Source: Ureaplasma parvum serovar 3 str. ATCC 27815 | GTDB taxonomy: Bacteria; Bacillota_I; Bacilli_A; Mycoplasmatales; Mycoplasmoidaceae | Assembly (NCBI RefSeq): GCF_000019345.1 | Contig: NC_010503.1 | Location: forward strand, 690,001 to 722,000 | Direction: 5' to 3' | DNA length: 32,000 nucleotides | Part shown: piece after piece, positions 24,801-32,000 of the stretch | Layout: every line of letters begins with the position of its first letter | Position numbering within the stretch: position 1 is the first letter of the stretch | Notes under the pieces: generated by a model | Database searches by the model: none | Told to the model about the DNA's origin: nothing | What the model saw: the letters and a program-made list of their open reading frames with translations, nothing else | Program-made: the position numbers and the translations under genes

Positions 24801-25981
24801 AAATCATAAACATATAAAGCAAATTGTGAAAGCGAACCTATTCTTTCTGTTAATACATCTAAAGCCGCACGTTTTTCTGATACTAATAAACTACTTTTTC
24901 CTTTTAATAAAACATTAAAGATAATATTTGCAATTACTTCAGACTTTCCTGTTCCAGGAGGTCCATAAATCAAAGTATTTTGTGAAAGTGATGATGCAAC
25001 AGCATATTTTTGAAAAATATTTAGAGGACGTCCAATTTCCACCACCATTTGTTCTTTAATTACTTTATCTTCATAATATTCAACTGGTTTATTCAAACCA
25101 TCGTTTTCTGATTCAAATGGATCAACATCCATTTCAATAATTTTATGTAAATCAGCTTTTAAAGCGCCCCCATCGGGTTCGAATAACCCCAGTACAGCTG
25201 ATGGTTCAATTTCAAAAGTTGTATATCGATCTAAAATTTGTGTCTCATTTTCGTTCATGAAAGGAACAAATTCGTTTTCGTTAATATTAATTTTTTGACC
25301 TGTCATATCTTCAATCATTTTAATAGTTGAAGACAATTCATAATTAGTCAACAATTCTGTTGTTTCAACCTTAAAATCTTGATAACCTTTTTTTAAAAAG
25401 ATTTGGATTTTTTCATTAACAATTGGCTCATCTTGAATTTTAGCGATAAAAATTTTATCAGCTTCTTCTCGAATTTCAACTTTAAATAAAGTTAATGGTG
25501 ATTTAAAAGGATCGTTTGGTAATAATTTTCCTTTCAAAAAATTAAAAGTAAAGTAAAGAGGTCAAACAGTTGTATCTTCAAAATAATTTTTTGCTAGTCT
25601 ATTAATAGAAATAAACTTTTTTCTAAATGCTAACAATTGTTCAATTGCTAAAGGAATAATTTTTTTCTTATTTGCATGAAAATCACGTTGTAGTAAATTA
25701 ATTTTATTATCTGCTAAATTTACATTGTAATTTACTAAGATTTCTAAAAATTCACCAATATTTAAAGCATTTTTTAAACTTTCTTCAAATAAATTTAAAT
25801 TCTTACCTACATTTAATTCAACATAACTAATTTCGCCATTAACAAAACTAATTAGATCTTCTTTTTTAATATACTTAAATAAGTCTATATTTCTTGATGA
25901 TGAAAGTCTTGTTAAAATAATTGAATCATGCGGATTTAAATTAACAAGATTCATCAATTTTTGTTTAATCGCTTTTTTCAT
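21878..25981 (-). CDS. Large SF1 (Upf1/DNA2-like) helicase, 1367 aa, DUF4011-like N-terminus and Vsr/MTES_1575-like C-terminal domain
   Basis: Track ORFs 22169-22633, 23249-23449, 23990-24424, 24641-25537 and 25562-25981 are in one frame. Walker A LIYGPPGTGKSEVIANII, helicase motif VNVAITRARKKMIVI, C-terminus IDLVIIKKETKEIVKTILLETWKENRSVQIMFEDIDRQYFLEDRGYSTYRIKEYEW. TAA at 21878-21880. Confidence 0.9.
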
Positions 25982-26176
25982 ACTTGTGGATACCTCGTTT
26001 TTTATAATATGATTATTTTAACTAAAAATAAGAAAGTTTTAATATCAAATTATTTATCTTATTTGTGCTAATATAATTCATATTTTTAATCTACATTTAA
26101 AAAATAACTTTGTTATAAAGTTGTATAATTATATAACATACAAATTAAATGGATTAAGTAAGCAAACTAAATTTAT

Positions 26177-27913
26177 ATGAGAAATAATTTATCTGATTTG
26201 GAAATCGAAAAATTGACCAAAACATTAGTATCAAAAAACAAAAGAGTTGTAGCTTTATATGGCGTTCCCGAAAACACTTCTTATAAACTAATGAACGATC
26301 TAATTAGTTTAATGGATGTAGAAATTCCTAATTGATCATCAATTTCAAGCGCAACTGAAGACCAATGTATTAATGATATTAAAAATTTTTTACTGTCAAA
26401 TGCAAGTTTAGAAAACTTTAAAAACTTGCCTTCTAATAACCCTTTAATTAATTGGTGGAAAAGACGCCGTTTAAATACTGTTGTTAAAAAGATTGAAGAA
26501 ATCAACTCAGCGTTCGCAGACCGTGAAATAACATCTCGTTCAAAAATCTTTTTGATGCCTGTTTTAACAGCATTTAGTACTTTAGGAACTACACTAGCTG
26601 TTCCTTTAATATCTGTTACTTTTTTACGGGGTGATGCAATTATTAATTTGTGGGGTAAAGATGGATATATTGCTTTCTTAAGTTTACTATTTTCTTTAGT
26701 TGTTGCTGTTATTATTTCAGCTTTTGTCGCTTTATTTAGTAGTTTAAAAAATAATAAACGTAATTATATTGTTTCAAACATGACCAAAGGTCTTAAAAGA
26801 ATATATGATAAATATTTTATCGAAAGTAATTCTCAAGAAAAGATTAATGCTAAAGTAACTTTTTATTCACGCTTTTTAGAACGTTCTAAATTCGTTGTTC
26901 AAAATAATTACACATTTTTTTATGATGTTGTAGATATTAATAGTGATCAATATCCTAAAATATTAAAATATTTCAAAACCTTAAACCAATTAAATAATAC
27001 AGTAATCTTCGATGCTAGTGGTTTTAAATATTTAGACGAACGTAAAATTTTCCGTAACATTATCGATTTAGAGAAAACAAATGTTGTCCGTTTGGATCGT
27101 TATAAAACAAAAACAAGCGGACGTCGCTTAATGAGTTTTATTTTCTATCAATTATCAATCATTGCTAATGTTAATACACGAAAACTTTTACAAAAATTTC
27201 CTTTCTTTGTCAACTCTTTATATCGTTTTTTAGATTACAGCGAAAAAAATACTGAGTTATTAACACTTTTATTAGACATTAAAAAACACGCTTCAAAAAC
27301 AGAAATTCCATTAAACGATGAATCACAATTATTTTTTGTAGACTTTTTTACATTCGTGGTTTTTAAAGCTTTGGATGAATTAGGATTTGAGACGCTAATG
27401 AATGATTTAACAGTCTATGGTCGTCCATCTGAAATCACTAAGAAAAATATAACTTATAATTCATTAAAATTGGATTACATCATTAATCGTAATGCGCGTA
27501 ATTTTGGACAACAAGCATTATTGTTTAACTTATTAGATTATTTTGATGAGACAGTAAATAAAAATATCTTTAACGAATTAGGAAATAGTAATAAAAACAT
27601 GATTTTTTCTAAAAATCATCAATTAAATTTAGCCAATGAAGCTTTAAGTAAAAAAGGTTTTACAAAGCGTGAAATTGATTTAAATAATCATTGATATGAT
27701 GCTTTATATTCTAATCTTCATGATGATGAAGACATGTTTGTTAAAATTATTGAAATTAAAGATAATGTTGATATCTTAAATGTATTAGATGAACTCTTTG
27801 TTCGTGCTCAAAATGATGGTGTTAAAAATTTATTAATTTATGTTTTTAATGTAAAAATGTTATATTCATTAATAGATAATGAATACGAGTTGGTTAATGA
27901 GTCAATTATTTAA
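26177..27913 (+). CDS. Membrane protein resembling a KAP-family P-loop NTPase with degenerate Walker motifs (578 aa)
   Basis: ATG at 26177, open through UGA-Trp to TAA at 27911-27913 (includes track ORF 26426-27694). Two TM segments (FLMPVLTAFSTLGTTLAVPLISVTFL; YIAFLSLLFSLVVAVIISAFVALF) follow VVALYGVPENTSYKLMNDLI and precede YTFFYDVVDINSDQYPKILKYFKTLNQLNNTVIFDASGFKYL. Confidence 0.6.
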
Positions 27914-27977
27914 TACTTAATATATAAGTTTTTAAATTTAATTATTTTATTTAAAATAATAGGAGTAAAATAAAACG

Positions 27978-29264
27978 ATGACAAATGATGAGCGTAAAGA
28001 ATTTATTAGAAAAAATAAAATTATTTATTTTAATCGAATTCGTTACTTTTTTTATGAATGAACAGATATGAAAGCATATCAACGCATGTTAGTGCCTGAA
28101 ACTTTTTTCTCATTTTTTTATCAATTATTCGTCTTAATGATTGCTTTTTGTTCCGTTACAATTATTATTTATAATCAAATTGAATTAAAACAAGCTAATG
28201 AAGAGCACATAGACTTTATTGCTAAATATTTTGAAGTTTATTATGCTTTTAATATTTTTTTTATTATTGATTATTTAATTCGTATTTCATACGCTGATTA
28301 CACATACAATTCAATTTCAAGACTAAAGGCTTTTTTAATAGCACCATTTCGTTTTGTTAATTTATTGGATCTAGTATCTTTTGTAGCAATTGTTATCATT
28401 TATAATACAGGATTATTAGATTTTGTAGCAAAAATGAATGAAACAACTTCATATTCACAAAAATTTGATTATTATTATCAAATCATCAATAATAATGCTT
28501 ATATGAATGTTGTTCCTTGTATGTTTTTAATTAAAATCTTAGGTGCGCATTCTAAAATTATCAAAAATGTTATTTTGAGTAGTGAAGTTAATTTCTTTTG
28601 ACAAATTTTTAAACGGCGTTGACGTGTATTATTATCATCATTCTTAATTTTAGTTTTATTTACTTTTCTATTAAGTTTTATTATTTATAGAATTGAACAA
28701 AATTATTATGAAATAAAGCATATTTTGCCTGGTAATCCGTTGTACAAACTTAAAAATTTTGGTGAAACTTTGTGGTTTTCTATGGGAACAATTACCACGA
28801 TAGCTTATGGTGATGTTACACCTGTTTCTCCAGCTGGTAAAGTATTTGCCGTTATTTTAGGTGTAATTGGTGTTACCTATTATGGTTTTCTGACTTCATT
28901 ATTTGCTTCAGCTTTAATTTCAGTAATTAATGAATTTGGTAAACGCCGTGATAGCCGTAGATTGTTAGAATTTCAAAATGAAAACGAGCGATTATTGCAT
29001 GAATTTTCTGAGCAAATTAAAGTAGATATTGTCCAAGAATTAATTAAAAATAATGTTATTCAGGATCCAGAAGAAATTAAACGAATTGAAGATCTTCAAA
29101 ATCAAGAACGTGAAGCTTTAAAAATGAAAGCGAAACGCCGAAAGAAAATTTATTTTAGTGATGATTTATTTGATGATACAAAACGAATTAGTGTTTCAAA
29201 CGTCAAAGTACGTAGTGCTTCAAATGTAACAAAAGTATTAGGTCGATCATCAACAAAAAAATAA
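27978..29264 (+). CDS. Six-TM potassium-channel-like protein (428 aa)
   Basis: ATG at 27978 (AGGAG upstream), joins track ORFs 28068-28601 and 28725-29264 in frame. S1-S4-like region, pore ETLWFSMGTITTIAYGDVTPVS, S6 KVFAVILGVIGVTYYGFLTSLFASALISVINEF, charged C-terminal tail. Confidence 0.88.
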
Positions 29265-29266
29265 TT

Positions 29267-29297
29267 AAAAACCTGCAAGGTTAAATTGCTGGTTTTT
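29267..29297. terminator. Bidirectional intrinsic terminator between convergent genes
   Basis: AAAAACCTGCAA...TTGCTGGTTTTT (12-bp stem, one mismatch) between the channel stop (29264) and the ATP-grasp stop (29302). Confidence 0.7.
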
Positions 29298-29301
29298 AAT
29301 T

Positions 29302-30219
29302 TTATTTTCAATATTTACCTCACTCAATGTCTTTTTGTTTTCACTGAGGATCATCTCAAAAAGTAAAAAAAGCGTTTGATGTGTTAAAAGTAATTTCACC
29401 AATATACAAGCGATGATCAACATAATAAAAATCAATACGAAAGTGTTTAAAATCATTTTTTAAAACTTCATAAATTTTTTGGCAAACATCTTTTATTTCA
29501 CTAAAGTCAAAATTAATTATTTCATGATTTAAAATTGATTTATTATTTTTTAAATCAAAAATATTACTTTTTAAAAAATCCCAATTTCAATTATTTTTTT
29601 CAATTTCATCCTTATTCATATATAAACAAAATTGCTCTTGTGCAAAACAAAATATTTTATAATCAGCAACGAGTGTTTGTTTTCCTAATAAAGGTTCAAT
29701 AAGTACTTGTGGTTTAATTTGTGAATAACATCATGTTTCATAAAAATTACGTGGATGATTAATTTTTTTATTAAGCAAGATGTTATTAAAATGAGTTATT
29801 ATTTGTGTTAATTCTGCTTGTGAAGTAGTTTCACGAATAATATATAAATCTTCATTTTCAGTGCTATTATTCAATTTAATAATATAAGGTTTAGGGAACT
29901 TATTAAGATCTAATAAAGTAATTTGATTTTGACGATTAAAAATTGCTAAAGTTGGAACTTGATATTGATATAATCGATGTTTTATTAATCATTTTTTAAA
30001 ACTTATTTTATCGACAATTTCTAAAATTTTCGATTGATCTGTATTTAAATACATATAAAGTAGTTTTTCATTATAAGTTTTTGGGTCTTGCAAATTCGGA
30101 GTATAACCCATTGTTTTGCTTCATATATTTATTAAAGATTTTTTAAATTGATTACGATCATTTTTATAATATAATCTTGTAATTTCATTTAATTCTTTAA
30201 TTAATTTATCAGTTATCAT
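29302..30219 (-). CDS. TupA-like ATP-grasp family protein (305 aa)
   Basis: Hand-translated, mostly absent from the track because of UGA codons. ATG at 30217-30219, stop TAA at 29302-29304. Contains PKTYNEKLLYMYL, KISFKKWLIKHRLYQYQVPTL, FKHFRIDFYYVDHRLYIGEITFNTSNAF. Confidence 0.75.
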
Positions 30220-30224
30220 ATTTT

Positions 30225-31178
30225 TTATTCCTTGATTAAAACATTAACTCTCTTAGTAATTATTTTAGGAGCATATGATAATTTTGAAGCACTTATATTA
30301 TCAGACCACGCCCCATCTTGTCGATCTATCAATCAATTATTAATATTATTAATTATTAAATTTTGTGATAATAAATATTGATACATACCTCTAATTTCAC
30401 GATCTGTTTGCTCAATAAGAATTTCTGCAATATTTGGACGAGTATAAACTAATGTAAATCCAACTATTTTATTTATTGATTTTTTTATTAAAAGTGATCC
30501 CATAAAATAAGGATTAGTTTGTGTGTTTAATAACAAATCAGAATTAGAATTAACTAGCATTCTTTTTGAATTAATAAAATTTTTAACATCTCATTCTTTT
30601 AAGAAAGTGCAAACCTCATGTAAATGAAATTTAGGATTATACTTAATAATTTCATAATCATTTTTAAAATTTTTAATAAAAAAATTAAGATTATTACGCT
30701 TTTTTTGTAGAATTTTTCCACAAAAGTATTTTAATGATTGCGTTTCATAAATAAAATTTGAATATCAACTATAAATTAATTCAAAATTAAATTGAGATAA
30801 ATTATTTAAATAATTTTCATCTTGTATTCCATTAATTGCTAATAAAAATTCTTTTTTAAAATTTGTTTTTAATGCTTCTAAAGCAATTGGAATCAATGTT
30901 GTTCAATCATATTTTTTTGCATCAAAATAAGCGAATATAATAAAAAATTTGCCAATAAACTGTGTTGCAATTTTATTTTGTTCAATTATCTTTAATTCTT
31001 CATTTGCTTGTGCATAAAATAGAACAATATTTTTATCTTTTAAATACTCAAAATAAATATCATAACCATAATAAGTTCATAATAATAATGTCAAGGTCGA
31101 AATTTGTTGTCCAGGATTAATATCTTCTTTTATTTGCTCAACAAATTCATAATTATTTCATGTTAGTTTTGTATACAT
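30225..31178 (-). CDS. DUF2156 (phosphatidylglycerol lysyltransferase C-terminal-like) family protein (317 aa)
   Basis: Frame containing track ORF 30333-30560, start ATG 31176-31178, stop TAA 30225-30227. Contains FCGKILQKKRNNLNFFIKNF, EILIEQTDREIRGMYQYLLSQ and DRQDGAWSDNISASKLSYAPKI, matching the EkAdrdirG.Yq / inrEdDlGdegLrkaKlsy.P layout. Confidence 0.7.
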
Positions 31179-31198
31179 ATAACCTTATAAGATATAAT

Positions 31199-31223
31199 AA
31201 AAATCCATATAAAATGGATTTTT
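31199..31223 (-). terminator. Intrinsic terminator of rplM-rpsI
   Basis: Perfect 10-bp stem AAAAATCCAT/ATGGATTTTT, loop ATAAA, 25 nt after the rpsI stop. Confidence 0.85.
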
Positions 31224-31247
31224 AAATGTTTAATAATTAAAAATAAA

Positions 31248-31649
31248 TTAACGTTTTGTAAATTGAGGAGCACGACGTGCACCATATAGCCCAAATTTCT
31301 TACGTTCTTTAACACGTGAATCACGTGTTACTAAACCAGCTTTACGTAAATCGGTTTTTAAATCTTCGCGAGTTTGAATTAAAGCACGAGTAATTCCTAA
31401 ACGAATTGCTCCAGCTTGTCCATTAAATCCACCACCAATAACTTTAACATAAACATCATAAGTTTCAGCTGTTTTTGTTAAAACCAATGGTTGCATCATG
31501 TCTTGGATAACTAATTTATTTGGAAAATAATTTTCTGGTTGACGATCATTAACAAGAACCTTTCCAGAACCTGGAACTAATTTAACTCTTGCAATTGAAG
31601 ATTTACGACGACCTAAACCTTTGTATTCAACAATATTACTTTTTTGCAT
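31248..31649 (-). CDS. rpsI: 30S ribosomal protein S9
   Basis: Track ORF, 133 aa. [26 protein letters not shown] ... [29 protein letters not shown]. Confidence 0.98.
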
Positions 31650-31668
31650 AATAATTTAATTCCTTCTT

Positions 31669-32000
31669 CTATTTTAATTTTAATTCCAAAATAGTTGGTT
31701 GTTGTGCTTCATGGGGATGTTTATCATTTTTATAAATGAATAATTTGTTTAGAATTTGTTTTGCTAATTTATTTTTTGGAAGCATTCCTTTAACTGAACG
31801 ACGAATAAGTTCATCTGAATATTTGCTAATCATTTCTTCCCCACTACGTGTTCTTAAACCACCAATATAGTGTGAATGATTATATCAATTTTCACGTAAT
31901 GCTTTTTGACCAGTTAAAACAACTTTATCTGAATTGATAACTACCACATAATCACCTGCATCAACGTTTGGTGTATAATCAACTTTATTCTTTCCTCTTA
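31669..32000 (-). CDS. rplM: 50S ribosomal protein L13 (N-terminus beyond right edge)
   Basis: Minus frame to TAG at 31669-31671. [49 protein letters not shown]...[44 protein letters not shown]. Confidence 0.95.

Noticed and set aside
26281-26505. Minus-strand ORF (74 aa)
   Set aside because: Antisense to the start of the KAP-like gene, whose frame is open and has a proper ATG.
29265-29456. Minus-strand ORF (63 aa) with a TM-like start
   Set aside because: Overlaps the ATP-grasp C-terminus in a different frame and covers the terminator.
1-32000. CRISPR array, transposon/IS, prophage or tRNA/rRNA genes
   Set aside because: Scanned visually: no regularly spaced repeats, transposase/integrase motifs or cloverleaf-like intergenic sequence; intergenic regions are short and AT-rich.

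Overview
This is a low-GC Mollicutes (mycoplasma/ureaplasma-type) chromosomal segment that reads UGA as Trp. Almost every long gene is split by in-frame TGA in the supplied ORF track, so I rebuilt the genes by joining same-frame pieces and checking for TAA/TAG. Minus-strand blocks: (i) a very compact, roughly 15.4 kb oligopeptide-transporter operon. Its order in transcription is lipoprotein, small 4-TM protein, oppB, oppC, oppD, oppF, a giant 1883-aa PDxFFG-type protein with an HEYGHH metallopeptidase-like motif, then oppA, which runs off the left edge. (ii) A YitT-like membrane protein. (iii) rpsP-trmD-rplS. (iv) RNase J followed by a Cof-like HAD hydrolase. (v) A 1367-aa SF1 helicase with a DUF4011-like N-terminus and a Vsr/MTES_1575-like C-terminus. 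(vi) A DUF2156-like gene next to a TupA-like ATP-grasp gene. (vii) rplM-rpsI. The only plus-strand genes are a two-gene cassette: a membrane protein resembling a KAP P-loop NTPase with eroded Walker motifs, and a 6-TM potassium-channel-like protein whose selectivity filter reads TIAYGD rather than TVGYGD. The best candidates for poorly described biology are that cassette, the PDxFFG/HExxH protein with its operon partners (including a lipoprotein ending HHCHADGFCH), and the DUF2156/ATP-grasp pair. I saw no CRISPR array, rRNA, tRNA or transposase.
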